A stretch of 64,000 bases of DNA from Candidatus Latescibacterota bacterium (GCA_965205975.1 OZ242195.1:3456001-3520000), one strand, 5' to 3'. Positions 20,854-30,906 are shown, numbered from the stretch's first letter. A program made the numbers and translations. The notes: generated from the sequence alone by a model not told the origin.

Positions 20854-22482
20854 ATGATGAGCAAAGAATTGAAAGCAGTTTTTCATTTTTGGAAGCGTTT
20901 TGCGTGCCAAAATGGCCTGAATCGCCGCGATTTAATCAAAGGCGTCGCCACCGCAAGTCTCGGTCTGGCAGCCGGAACCTTCGGCGCGCCACAGCTCTAC
21001 GGAAATTCAAACGTATCGAAATCAAAACGACGTAATCGTATCCAACTCGAAAACGCCAAAAAAGGAACGCGCGACTGGTTGCTCACTAAGACCGACATCA
21101 ACGACATCGAACCGGTGGCGTTGTGGCGTTCCCCGCGAATCGAGGGCTACTGCTCCGAGACGAGCGTGAGCGCTGGCGACACGCTCAAGATCATGGTGAG
21201 CACGAATCCAGTGTCCCAGTTTGATCTGGAGATCTTCCGCACGGGTTACTACGGCGGAACCGGCGGTCGTTTCATGAAGCGCTTTGATTCTATACAGGGC
21301 AAAACCCAGACCGATCCGTCGATAGGCGAAAACCGTCTGCGCGAATGCCAATGGGAACCTTCCGTAGAATTCGAGATTCCAGACGATTGGCTGAGCGGCG
21401 TCTATCTCGGGAAACTCACTGCCAAGGAGGGCGACGTGCAAAGCTACGTCATCTTTATTGTGCGCGATGATCGCCCCTGCGATTTGCTCTTCCAGTGCAG
21501 CGACATGACCTGGCAAGCCTACAATAGCTGGCCTACCAACGAGTGGTCTCTTTATCACAACGACGAGAATGGCTACACGGGATATAAGAAAAGGAAAAAG
21601 TGGAGCACCAACGCAAACGATACCGGGTGGGTGAGTTTTGACCGTCCCTACGCGCAGTTCTGCCAGGATCATCTTGTCAAGAATCCCAAGTCCGTGGGCA
21701 CGGGCGAATTTCTTCTTTGGGAATTCCCCCTCTCCTATTGGATAGAGCAGCAGGGCTACGATGTGTCGTATATCTCAAATGTGGATACACACAGACACGG
21801 TCCGAGATTACAACGCGCGAAAGGCTTTATCTCGGTAGGGCACGACGAGTATTGGACCCGGGAGATGTACGACAACGTCAGCGCGGCTCGGGACGCCGGT
21901 GTCAACCTTGCGTTCCTGAGTGGTAATTCGGTTTGGGGTGTGGTGCCCTTGCTGCCCTCTGCCGAGGGGCAGTTCCACCGAATCATGCGACGCGAAGATA
22001 AGTTCCTTGGCGAGGAACTCAGCAAGATGTTGAACAAGAGACGCGGCACCCCCGCCAAGTATCCAGCGGGGCCGGACGCGGCGTTGCTCATGGGGGGACG
22101 CACCGCCGGCATTGGCGGAGGTGACTGGACCTGCACCCAACCCAATCACTGGATCTATAATGGGAATGGCATGCAAAAAGGTGACACCATTGATGGACTA
22201 ATAGGCTGGGAATGGCATGGATCGCCTGCTCTCGAACTGCCTAACTTTGAGGTTCTGGCCGAGGGACCGATGCTACCGAAGAGGTACAGTCCTCATGCCG
22301 CTACGATCTACGATGGGCCGAAGAATAATGTCGTATTCAACGCCGGGACGATCTGGTGGGCGCAAGGCTTGTCGTCGCCTCCCGGCCACGTATTGCCCGC
22401 ACACAGGCATGCCAAGCCGAAAGGCCCTGACTCGCGCGTGCAGCGTATGATGACCAATGTGTTCGATCGGTTTATCAAGTAA
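20854..22482 (+). CDS. Tat-signal protein with N,N-dimethylformamidase beta-subunit-like domain
   Basis: NRRDLIK twin-arginine motif, IEGY, GYYGG.GGR, TWQAYN, VSFDRPY, SVGHDEYW, NLAFLSGN; exact start uncertain. Confidence 0.8.
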   Translation: MMSKELKAVFHFWKRFACQNGLNRRDLIKGVATASLGLAAGTFGAPQLYGNSNVSKSKRRNRIQLENAKKGTRDWLLTKTDINDIEPVALWRSPRIEGYCSETSVSAGDTLKIMVSTNPVSQFDLEIFRTGYYGGTGGRFMKRFDSIQGKTQTDPSIGENRLRECQWEPSVEFEIPDDWLSGVYLGKLTAKEGDVQSYVIFIVRDDRPCDLLFQCSDMTWQAYNSWPTNEWSLYHNDENGYTGYKKRKKWSTNANDTGWVSFDRPYAQFCQDHLVKNPKSVGTGEFLLWEFPLSYWIEQQGYDVSYISNVDTHRHGPRLQRAKGFISVGHDEYWTREMYDNVSAARDAGVNLAFLSGNSVWGVVPLLPSAEGQFHRIMRREDKFLGEELSKMLNKRRGTPAKYPAGPDAALLMGGRTAGIGGGDWTCTQPNHWIYNGNGMQKGDTIDGLIGWEWHGSPALELPNFEVLAEGPMLPKRYSPHAATIYDGPKNNVVFNAGTIWWAQGLSSPPGHVLPAHRHAKPKGPDSRVQRMMTNVFDRFIK

Positions 22483-22737
22483 GGTCCAACAATGGGAAAA
22501 GGAAAAATATGAGCGAATGAGGCTGGGTAAATTGATGGCAAATGATAAACCCACTGAAGAACGCCTTAAGCAAGATAATTGGTTGTTGATGCCTTCAAAA
22601 AACTCCGCGATCTGATTTTTCGCATTGTGCTTACATCACTCATTTGCTATTATTAAGGCATAGTAGTAACGCGTCAGATATTTCATTTTTTAGAGTGAAT
22701 TATAGGTGAAATTGATAGGACAATAAGTGACTAACCC

Positions 22738-22938
22738 ATGAAATTAGAATACGATTTCTCCAGAGCTGAAAGAGGAAAATTTTATCGCAAGGGCGCTGAA
22801 ATCCGGCTGCCAATTTACCTCGATGCGAAACTCCAGCATCAGCTTGAAAAGATCGCGGAGAAGAGAGGGAAAGATTTGGGCGAGATGGTGCATCAACTAT
22901 TGAAAAAGGAAGTGGAACGCGTTGGTGCATTGCCCTGA
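22738..22938 (+). CDS. Small BrnA/CopG-like antitoxin (no adjacent toxin seen)
   Basis: MKLEYDFSRAERGKFY...IYLD...MVHQLLK. Confidence 0.65.
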   Translation: MKLEYDFSRAERGKFYRKGAEIRLPIYLDAKLQHQLEKIAEKRGKDLGEMVHQLLKKEVERVGALP

Positions 22939-23119
22939 TGTGCATAGGAATATATAGCTGTGAGTAGCTCCACATATAAGAGAATTTAAAACCCCTGGAG
23001 AGATATGCTCTTCAGGGGTGATTTGTTTGTATGGATTTGGGTTCCAAAAGGCGGGAAGCGTCTGGAGACGGATGCAGGTAGTTTAAGACATTGGTCTCTC
23101 AAAAATAGACAAAGACCAC

Positions 23120-23605
23120 TCAGGGAACTGGAACTTTCAATATATACGTCACAAACCCCAACGCGATTGTCAAAAAAGCAACACCAACTGTGACAGTCCA
23201 AAAAATACGTTGACCTATACCCTCAATTTTATCATCAACATAGTTTCTCAATTCTATTTGACCCTCTTGAATGCTGCTGATCGTCTTGTCAATTTTATCA
23301 TCAACATGCATTCTCAATTCTATTTGACCCTCTTGAATGCTGCTGATCGTCTTATCCATATTCTCAATAAGTGTTTCCAGCCTGACAAGACGCTTATCGA
23401 GCTTGTTGATCGCCCTTTCGTTCTGCTGAATACGCTCTTCATTCAGGTCTATTCGTTTATCCAACCGTTTCAAAGTCTCACGATGATCTATATCATGACC
23501 TTCTAACCTCTTGAGTATCTCAATTTGAGTCGCCTGATATTCTTCCGAATTTTTAACATACCGCTCAAGGATGGACACATCCGGCCCTTCTTGCGTGGCA
23601 GCCAT
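23120..23605 (-). CDS. Coiled-coil protein with C-terminal hydrophobic helix and a 66-bp internal tandem duplication
   Basis: Repeated DKTISSIQEGQIELR.(H/Y)VDDKI; ends IFWTVTVGVAFLTIALGFVTYIL. Confidence 0.65.
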   Translation of the reverse strand: MAATQEGPDVSILERYVKNSEEYQATQIEILKRLEGHDIDHRETLKRLDKRIDLNEERIQQNERAINKLDKRLVRLETLIENMDKTISSIQEGQIELRMHVDDKIDKTISSIQEGQIELRNYVDDKIEGIGQRIFWTVTVGVAFLTIALGFVTYILKVPVP

Positions 23606-23729
23606 ATCGCACCTCTGCAATAATGGAAAAATCAACCGTAATGAAACCAAACAGCGTATAATAATGACAAGATAGCAGAAAATAACATGCTAACAAAGCA
23701 TTTTCTGCCAGATAAGCACCTGACTATGA

Positions 23730-23854
23730 GGGAGCTGAAATCTGACCGCCCATTTACCTCAATGCAAAACCCCAGCACCGGCTTGAACACATCGCTCAGA
23801 AAATAGGCGAAGATTTGGGCGAATGGTGCATCAAATCTTGAAAGCGGAAGTGGA
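23730..23854 (+). pseudogene. Degenerate partial copy of the 22738-22938 antitoxin gene
   Basis: GGGAGCTGAAATC...ATTTACCTC...GATTTGGGCGA..GGTGCATCAA...GGAAGTGGA aligns with about 22791-22916. Confidence 0.75.
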
Positions 23855-23883
23855 TTGAAATTTTAAGCGCACGATGTTATACT
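23855..23883 (+). promoter_or_regulatory. sigma70 promoter of the CARF-bEBP gene
   Basis: TTGAAA-N17-TATACT with TG extended -10. Confidence 0.7.
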
Positions 23884-23919
23884 ACAAAAGTCAATGGAAT
23901 GTCTCAAGAGGATAATGAT

Positions 23920-25563
23920 ATGCAACATAAATTGGTCGCTGTAGTCGGCAGCACACCGCAAGTTATGACAGAAACTTTCTGGGCATTGCGTGTCCAGCGC
24001 AAAGTGCCCATTGATGAAGTATTTGTGATAACGACAACCGTAGGTAAAGAAACCTGTCAGAAACGCCTTTTGGATGAAGGCCGCTTTAAAAAGATGTTGT
24101 CAGATTACAATATCGATCCCAATACTGTCGCGTTCGGTCCCGATCATATCCAGGTATTTGAAGATGCTGAAGGTAATCCTTTAGACGATATCCGCACCTC
24201 GGAAGACAATCGCCTGGCCCGGGATCAACTTTTCCACTGGATTGAGAACTGGACGCAGAATGTTGATGTCGCTTTACACTGCTCGCTCGCAGGCGGACGG
24301 AAGTCAATGGGATACTTACTCGGTGCTGCTATTCAATTTTTTGGTCGGCCACAAGATCGCCTGTATCATGTGCTGGTCACACCGCAAGCAATTGAAACAA
24401 ATCGCGATTTCTTCTTTCCACCTGTGCGCGAAGCGCAAATCCCCACATCAGACGGGCAACACATTTCTACTGCTGATGTGCGTATTGAGTTGGCAGAATT
24501 GCCCTATGTATCGGTAAGAGATATATCCGCATTTGACGATGAAAACTATGACCTGATTCTACAGAAAACACAAGCAGAAGTGCGACGTGTTCCACGTCTA
24601 AAAGCAGAAAACAAGCGACTGAGAGAAACATCGGGCAATGCTGGCGGCTTGATCGGAAATAGCTTTGCAATGCAGAAAAACAAAGACCAGATTCGGCAAG
24701 CTGCTGATGCAGATGGTGCAACCGTGTTGATTTTGGGTGAAACGGGAACGGGTAAAGAACGGGCAGTTGAAGCACTACATGAACAGAGTGTGAGAAAGGA
24801 TAAATCATTCATAGCGATTAACTGTAGTGCATTTCCAGGTGAACTTTTGGATGTAGAGCTATTTGGTGCAGTTGAAGGCGCTTATAGTGGACAAGCCGGG
24901 CCACGCGAGGGTGCGTTTCGCGCAGCCGAAGGTGGTACCCTTTTCCTCGATGAAATAGGAGACTTATCACATGAAGGACAGGCGAAGCTATTGCGCGTAT
25001 TACAAGAAAAGAAAGTGCGTCCGCTTGGCAGTGATGAACAAGAGAAAGAAGTTGATGTACGCATTGTTGCGGCAACCAATCGCGATTTGAAGGCCATGGT
25101 TCAAGAAGGAACTTTCCGAGAGGACCTATTGTATCGCCTCAATGTTTTGACCATTGACATGCCGCCGTTGCGAGAACGACGCGAAGATATACCGGAGTTA
25201 ATCGACCTGTTTTGTGAACAGTTTAATGAGAAATACAAACGCAATGTTGTGGGCTTTGATACCCCAGCCATAGAAGCCATGTGTCGCTATACCTGGCCGG
25301 GCAATGTGCGCGAGCTTGAAAATGAAGTTGCGCGCATCGTCTCTGACTCACCACAGAGTGCATTTCGGGTGCATAAGGAAGACTTAGCCAAGCGTATTAT
25401 TGAATCGACAGATTTAGACACGGGTAGTGGTACGCTCAAAGAATTAGTGGCGCAATTTAAGAGGCATACGATTCAGGAAACATTGGCGCGAACACAGGGC
25501 AATGTTAAAAACGCCGCGAAGATACTGGGTATTGACGAATCAACGGTGAGACGAAATCGGTAG
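23920..25563 (+). CDS. CARF (NE0113/TIGR02584-like) + sigma54-interacting AAA+ + Fis-type HTH enhancer-binding protein
   Basis: VVGSTPQVMTET, LDDIRT, LHCSLAGGRKSMG, DRLYHVLV; GETGTGKE, ELFGAVEGAYSGQ, FLDEIG, RIVAATNRDL, FREDLLYRL, WPGNVRELEN; GNVKNAAKILGI. Confidence 0.92.
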   Translation: MQHKLVAVVGSTPQVMTETFWALRVQRKVPIDEVFVITTTVGKETCQKRLLDEGRFKKMLSDYNIDPNTVAFGPDHIQVFEDAEGNPLDDIRTSEDNRLARDQLFHWIENWTQNVDVALHCSLAGGRKSMGYLLGAAIQFFGRPQDRLYHVLVTPQAIETNRDFFFPPVREAQIPTSDGQHISTADVRIELAELPYVSVRDISAFDDENYDLILQKTQAEVRRVPRLKAENKRLRETSGNAGGLIGNSFAMQKNKDQIRQAADADGATVLILGETGTGKERAVEALHEQSVRKDKSFIAINCSAFPGELLDVELFGAVEGAYSGQAGPREGAFRAAEGGTLFLDEIGDLSHEGQAKLLRVLQEKKVRPLGSDEQEKEVDVRIVAATNRDLKAMVQEGTFREDLLYRLNVLTIDMPPLRERREDIPELIDLFCEQFNEKYKRNVVGFDTPAIEAMCRYTWPGNVRELENEVARIVSDSPQSAFRVHKEDLAKRIIESTDLDTGSGTLKELVAQFKRHTIQETLARTQGNVKNAAKILGIDESTVRRNR

Positions 25564-25597
25564 AGCATCGAAAATCCCAAAATATGAATTGAAAGGC

Positions 25598-25630
25598 GTG
25601 CAGAATTGCACAGCCCGTGCAAAAATGCAC
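25598..25630. promoter_or_regulatory. Putative enhancer (UAS) pair 1
   Basis: GTGCAGAATTGCAC (25598-25611) and GTGCAAAAATGCAC (25617-25630). Confidence 0.8.
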
Positions 25631-25695
25631 GTTTAAACATATTGCTGTTTATTTCCTGTTTCAAAAAAATATCACACAACCTGTTGTTTTTTTTG

Positions 25696-25724
25696 ATCTC
25701 TGAGGAAATTTCGGAGATTTTTTT
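25696..25724 (+). terminator. Hairpin plus U-tract just upstream of P1
   Basis: ATCTCTGA-GGAAATT-TCGGAGAT followed by a T run. Confidence 0.5.
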
Positions 25725-25728
25725 GTGT

Positions 25729-25745
25729 TTGGCACGCGGATTGCA
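25729..25745 (+). promoter_or_regulatory. sigma54 promoter P1 (cas6)
   Basis: TTGGCACGCGGATTGCA, GG-N10-GC. Confidence 0.9.
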
Positions 25746-25792
25746 TATACAATGAGTGCTATCGCAAAAATCCAAATACAAAGGAGATATTG

Positions 25793-26752
25793 ATGTTTGA
25801 TCTGAAATTCGCGTATATGCGCTTGCACTTCAAAGCGCGGGGCCATCTGCGCCTGCCATCTTATAAAGGCTCCACATTTCGCGGGGCTTTTGGCGTGGCA
25901 TTTAAGCGCGCGGTCTGTATTGTGCAACACGGGGAATGCGAGCGGTGTCTGATTCGGACGCAATGCGTGTATCCATACGTATTTGACACACCAGTAGATA
26001 ATGCACAGGGCATATTTCGCGGATATAGCGAAGCACCCCATCCCTATCTGATCGAACCCCCGCTGGAAACCAAAACCGATTATGCACCGGACGATGAATT
26101 TGCGATTGGCCTGACCCTGATAGGCCGCGCACTGAATTACATGCCCTACTTCATCTACACATTCCAGCGCATGGGAGACACAGGTATTGGACGCGGACGC
26201 GGCAAATGCGACCTCATCTCGGGCGAAGCACTGCACACCGATGGGACATGGCAGGCGGTGTACGACGGAGCGAGCGAGATGTTGCAACAAGATGTACCCC
26301 ATCTGACCGCGCAGGATCTGATGCACAACGAAATAGGATCCCGGATTCGCCTCTCATTTGTAACGCCCACCCAACTCAAAGCAGACCGAATATTACAGCG
26401 CGGACTGGATTTCCCCGTACTCATACGCGGGTTATTGCGGCGGTATTCGGCATTGGCCGCATTTCACGCAGACGGACCGCCAGATATAAATTATGCCGAC
26501 TATGTCGCACAAGCAGAGAATATTCAAACCACATCCCACAATTTGACCTGGCGCACATGGGAACGGTATTCAAACCGCAAAAACCGGCGTATGAGCGTAA
26601 GTGGTTTTACAGGAGACGTGGTCTTTGAAGGCGACATGACACAATTTCACCCCCTGCTGGCACTGGGCGTGCCAATGCACGTTGGCAAATGGACCAGTTT
26701 TGGGATGGGACAATACGCTATAGAAGGAAGAAGTGTGAAGGAAGAAGTGTGA
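25793..26752 (+). CDS. cas6: CRISPR RNA processing endoribonuclease Cas6
   Basis: YKGSTFRGAFG, C-x5-C-x2-C, PHPY, G.GRGRG, HVGKWTSFGMG glycine loop. Confidence 0.92.
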   Translation: MFDLKFAYMRLHFKARGHLRLPSYKGSTFRGAFGVAFKRAVCIVQHGECERCLIRTQCVYPYVFDTPVDNAQGIFRGYSEAPHPYLIEPPLETKTDYAPDDEFAIGLTLIGRALNYMPYFIYTFQRMGDTGIGRGRGKCDLISGEALHTDGTWQAVYDGASEMLQQDVPHLTAQDLMHNEIGSRIRLSFVTPTQLKADRILQRGLDFPVLIRGLLRRYSALAAFHADGPPDINYADYVAQAENIQTTSHNLTWRTWERYSNRKNRRMSVSGFTGDVVFEGDMTQFHPLLALGVPMHVGKWTSFGMGQYAIEGRSVKEEV

Positions 26753-26777
26753 AGAAGGGCAGCATATAGCCAAATAA

Positions 26778-26812
26778 GTGCAAAATTGCACAGAGGACGT
26801 GCAGAAATGCAC
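26778..26812. promoter_or_regulatory. Putative enhancer (UAS) pair 2
   Basis: GTGCAAAATTGCAC (26778-26791) and GTGCAGAAATGCAC (26799-26812). Confidence 0.8.
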
Positions 26813-26909
26813 GCTTGAACATGTTGGTGTCAATTTGATTTTAGAAAAAATATCGTATAACATATTGTTTTCTCGTAAATTAAAAAATAAATTCAAATTT
26901 TCTTCTACT

Positions 26910-26926
26910 TTGGCACGCGGATTGCA
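26910..26926 (+). promoter_or_regulatory. sigma54 promoter P2 (DUF1232 gene, possibly cmr operon)
   Basis: TTGGCACGCGGATTGCA, identical to P1. Confidence 0.9.
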
Positions 26927-26989
26927 TAGACAAGAGGTGATCGCAAAAAAGTTTTTTAATCCGCAGTAAAAACCAAATGGAGGAAAACC

Positions 26990-27340
26990 ATGAAAAATCG
27001 AAACAAGCAGGGATATGGGAAATATTATTCTCAGGACAGCTTCTGGAAAAAGTTGCTCAAATTCTCACGCACCGCAGGACGGGAAGTCGTCGAGCAAGCC
27101 CTATCGCTCTACTACACCGCGCAGGCTCCTGATACACCGGCCTGGGCCAAAACAGTCATCACCGGGGCACTGGGGTACTTTATTCTTCCGGCCGATGCAA
27201 TTCCCGACCTGATCCCGGCCGTCGGTTACGGCGATGATCTGGGTGCGCTGGCCGCAGCACTCGCAGCCGTGGCGGCCCATGTAACGCCGGAGATCAAAGC
27301 CCGTGCAAAGGAAAAAGCAGCCGAGTGGTTTGGTGAGTGA
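26990..27340 (+). CDS. DUF1232 / YkvA-family small membrane-associated protein
   Basis: SFWKKL, ALGYFILPADAIPDLIPAVGYGDDLG; GGAGG RBS. Confidence 0.88.
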   Translation: MKNRNKQGYGKYYSQDSFWKKLLKFSRTAGREVVEQALSLYYTAQAPDTPAWAKTVITGALGYFILPADAIPDLIPAVGYGDDLGALAAALAAVAAHVTPEIKARAKEKAAEWFGE

Positions 27341-27632
27341 AGTGTAATCCGCAGAAAAAAACGCGAATAATTTGAGCGTTTTTCGCAGATGACGCAGATA
27401 AATAAAGAAGGGCTGCGGTTTGGGTGAACTGACCACTGACCGCTAAAAAATGAAGTGTGAAATGGTGTATAACTGGCTACAGTCCAGGCCTGTTCACGGT
27501 GAAGGGGGATAAACTGCGTAACCTATTGCGCTATTTCTACCGATATTGTATCCTGCGTAATTCACAGCATCATGGCCGGGTTAGTTGCTCGATTTTTGAA
27601 GGTGGAGTGATCTGCTGCGGTTATAAGAATCA

Positions 27633-28091
27633 ACGTGATGTGTGACTTTAAATAGACAAAAAGAGGTTCCTCGGCTATCTTGGATTGTCCGTAAAACAAG
27701 AAGCCATGCAACGAAAGGAACCTCCAATGTATAATTTAGCCCTTTTTGTCATTACAATCTACTGTTTTATTGAAGACGACCTCTATCCAGCGTATTGTGA
27801 GGTGCATGGCAAGCCGCGTCGGGCAGGCTTTGAACCCGGTTTAAGTGATGTGGAATGCCTCACCATAGAAATTGTGGGTCACTTTTTGGGGTATTCAAGC
27901 CAGAAGAAACTTTATGAGCAGATGCGCGAACACTTTTTGCGCGCATGAAAGTGCGAGATGCTTGGCATCTATTAAACTTGTGGCATACCAAAATCTTAAC
28001 CCATACCATGTGTGTCTTTCTAAATATCATCAATTACAGAGACCCGCTGGATTTTGACGGCCTCGTAACATTTTGAAGTCACACATCGCGT
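27633..28091 (+). mobile_element. Internally deleted IS982-family element with truncated transposase (about 27727-27948)
   Basis: TIRs ACGTGATGTGTGACTTT / GAAGTCACACATCGCGT; 9-bp flanks TAAGAATCA / TAAGAATAA; ITIYCFIEDD..RRAGFEPGLSDVECLTIEIVG typical of the IS982 transposase N-terminus. Confidence 0.8.
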
Positions 28092-28159
28092 TAAGAATAA
28101 AGTGTATAGAAACCCATACGTGTGGGGACAATACGGTTTAATTTGAAAGGAGAAGCGTG

Positions 28160-29011
28160 ATGAATAGGACAGTGTTGAATCTTGAAACCGTGACACCAAT
28201 GTTTCTACATGGAGAGAATAGTCGAAATCTCGAACTTCGACCACCGCCATTCAAATCACTGATGCGTTATTGGTGGCGAACTGTGCAGGATTGCAACGAG
28301 ACATTTCTTCGAGAAAAAGAAGCAGCGTTATTTGGTAGTACAAAAGGTAAATCACCATTTTCAATTCGTATTTTAGGAGAAACGAAACTGGACTGTAGGA
28401 ACTATAAGCCGTTGCCTCATCGAACCGATAATCGTGGTTTTTTCGCAGATGCTTATAAAGAGGGACAGTCATTTGACCTGTATCTGATTATAACGAATGG
28501 CTCAAATGTCCCGAATTATGCACAGATTGCAAAACTTGGCTTACTACTCGGTGGTGTTGGCAATCGCTCTCGACGCGGATTCGGTTCGATCCGGGAAACA
28601 AGCTGGAATTTCACAAATGTGTCCAATCTGCGACAGGAAATTTTGGATACTCTCAACACTGTCGCAGACAATGATCGTTTTCAGATGAAGGGCAAGATCA
28701 TTGAATCCAAACTCACCCATTTCCCAAGCTATCCTGTTATTCAGTGTATATTTTTTGGCAACCCAACACCCGATGTTGACACCCTATTAAGAAAAATCGG
28801 ACAGGCGACACATGAAGCAAAGAGAAAAAATCGTGACCATACACTCGGAGAAGGTACGCCGCGTATGGCATCGCCTGTGATCGTTAGAATCCAAAAAGTT
28901 GGAAATAAATTTATTCCGGTTGTCACGCAACTTCACTCGATTTATCCGCAATACACGCCAAATAATTTTGAGCAGAAGCAAAAGGATTTTATTAACGCGA
29001 TCATTACGTAG
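28160..29011 (+). CDS. cmr1: Type III-B RAMP Cmr1
   Basis: LETVTPMFLHG, ELRPPPFKSLMRYWWR, EAALFGS, GGVGNRSRRGFG, RMASP. Confidence 0.92.
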   Translation: MNRTVLNLETVTPMFLHGENSRNLELRPPPFKSLMRYWWRTVQDCNETFLREKEAALFGSTKGKSPFSIRILGETKLDCRNYKPLPHRTDNRGFFADAYKEGQSFDLYLIITNGSNVPNYAQIAKLGLLLGGVGNRSRRGFGSIRETSWNFTNVSNLRQEILDTLNTVADNDRFQMKGKIIESKLTHFPSYPVIQCIFFGNPTPDVDTLLRKIGQATHEAKRKNRDHTLGEGTPRMASPVIVRIQKVGNKFIPVVTQLHSIYPQYTPNNFEQKQKDFINAIIT

Positions 29012-29022
29012 GAGGTATCCCA

Positions 29023-30906
29023 ATGAGTGGCAACCAGTCGAAACGTCTCATGCTCATGTTTACAATTGGTCCTGTACAATCGTTCATCGAAGCAGCCCGG
29101 AAGACAGAGGACTTGTGGATGGGGAGTTATATTCTGTCTTATCTCATCGCCAAAGCAATGGACAAAGTTCGAGGCGACGATATTGAGCTAATATATCCTG
29201 CTATTGGCAACCAATCGCCATTTGATTTTTGGCAGCAACAAGATTTCGCAACCCCATCTTTTCCCAATCTCTTTTTAGCAATTGGTAAAGGCACTGAGGT
29301 TTCTCAGGATGCGTTGGTCGAACTCGCAAAAGACGCTGAACGTACTGTAAAAACTGAATTTGAGCAAATGGCTAAATGTGTGATTGATGAAGCATTCAGC
29401 AAGTGGAGTGGCACTTATGTTGAGGAAGTGTTCAAACGACAAATCTCGGATTTTTTTGATATATATTGGGTGATTACTGAAGAAACAGATCAAAATTATG
29501 GGGATTGGTACGCCCACACCGCAGGTAGTCTTGCAGCTATCAAAAACTGCCGGACATTTGCACAAATCTGTGAGTTTGGACGAAAGTGTTCACTTGATGG
29601 AACACGCGAAATTCTCCATTTGAGGCAAGACGAACCTGTGCGAGAAGCAATGAAATGGTGGCAGGGTTTTGCTGAACGCGAACCAAAGTATTGTCGCGGA
29701 GAAGAGGCCCTCTGTGCTGTCTCACTAACCAAGCGAATGGGAAGACATTTTCTGGAGACCCAATCGGAATTTTCAGACGATTTTTCAGGCCAACCTCTGA
29801 GCTTTCCATCCACATCAGAGATAGCGACAGCGGACTTCAAAGAACAATTTCAATACAATATTGGGGCCTTAGGCATTTATGGAGATTTCGTTAAAGAAGT
29901 TAAAAAACTGAGGGCATTGGACAACAAACCAGCAGATATTCCAATTGTTCAACCCTTGCCAAAAGTCGGGATGCTCCAGGGGAATATTGACGGCGAATGG
30001 CTGTACGAAGAGACATGGAGCGAGTCCTATCTGAGAGGTTACTACAACATTGATGCAAAAAACGAGAAGAAGCAGATTAGTACTTGTAAGAGATTGCGTC
30101 AAAAACTTGTCCAATATCTCGGTGAACCGGGGCGATATTATGTCGCCATTGCACTTGATGGAGATAACATGGGCGAGAAGATTCGGGAAGCTAAAAGCAA
30201 GGAAGATCACAAAAAACGTAGCGGTGATCTGATTCAATACACGGAAGATGCTCGTCGGATTATTGAACAGGATCATCTCGGAAAGTTGATATATGCGGGC
30301 GGTGACGACATTCTTGCACTCACAAATCTTAAAGACCTCTTGCCTATATTGAAAGGGTTGCGTGAGAAATTCCCCAATTTCACGACAGCTTCGGCAGGCG
30401 TGTGTATTGCTCACAACAAGGTTCCGCTTGGAGATGTACTTCAGCAAGCGCGTCGGATGGAGAAAGCAGCGAAAAATGAAGGTGAACGTAATGCATTTGG
30501 AATCACACTGTTCAAACACTCTGGAAATATTAGCCAGGCGGTAACAAAGTGGACACACGGCGATTTGGATGTGCTCGACATCAGTGAGGAGTTGCTCAAC
30601 TTGTTGAGCGATAATGAAATTTCCAAGCGTTTTTTGTACGCTTTCCGTGAGACATTTGCAAAATTAATTGAAGACAAAGATGATTTTGGAGAACTGGGCC
30701 GTCACCTTATTCAAGCTGAGTTTGAACGGATTATGGAACGAGCACAGTCGAACAAAAAAACAGAATCCAAAGAGAGTCAACAAACCATCCATACACTTAC
30801 TCAACTCATCTATCATATCCAGCCTTTCTCTCACTTTCTCGGGTATTTAGAAATTATCAATTTCATTGCGAGGATAAAAAATGAAACTGTTTCTCCAACC
30901 CAATGA
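29023..30906 (+). CDS. cas10: Cas10/Cmr2, cyclase-competent, no HD nuclease domain
   Basis: IGPVQSFIEAARKTEDLWMGSYILS at the N-terminus, ALDGDNMG, IYAGGDD. Confidence 0.95.
   Translation: MSGNQSKRLMLMFTIGPVQSFIEAARKTEDLWMGSYILSYLIAKAMDKVRGDDIELIYPAIGNQSPFDFWQQQDFATPSFPNLFLAIGKGTEVSQDALVELAKDAERTVKTEFEQMAKCVIDEAFSKWSGTYVEEVFKRQISDFFDIYWVITEETDQNYGDWYAHTAGSLAAIKNCRTFAQICEFGRKCSLDGTREILHLRQDEPVREAMKWWQGFAEREPKYCRGEEALCAVSLTKRMGRHFLETQSEFSDDFSGQPLSFPSTSEIATADFKEQFQYNIGALGIYGDFVKEVKKLRALDNKPADIPIVQPLPKVGMLQGNIDGEWLYEETWSESYLRGYYNIDAKNEKKQISTCKRLRQKLVQYLGEPGRYYVAIALDGDNMGEKIREAKSKEDHKKRSGDLIQYTEDARRIIEQDHLGKLIYAGGDDILALTNLKDLLPILKGLREKFPNFTTASAGVCIAHNKVPLGDVLQQARRMEKAAKNEGERNAFGITLFKHSGNISQAVTKWTHGDLDVLDISEELLNLLSDNEISKRFLYAFRETFAKLIEDKDDFGELGRHLIQAEFERIMERAQSNKKTESKESQQTIHTLTQLIYHIQPFSHFLGYLEIINFIARIKNETVSPTQ

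Noticed and set aside
29023..29200. Cas10 lacking an HD domain as a sign of inactivation
   Set aside because: Common in type III-B Cmr2; the GGDD motif is intact
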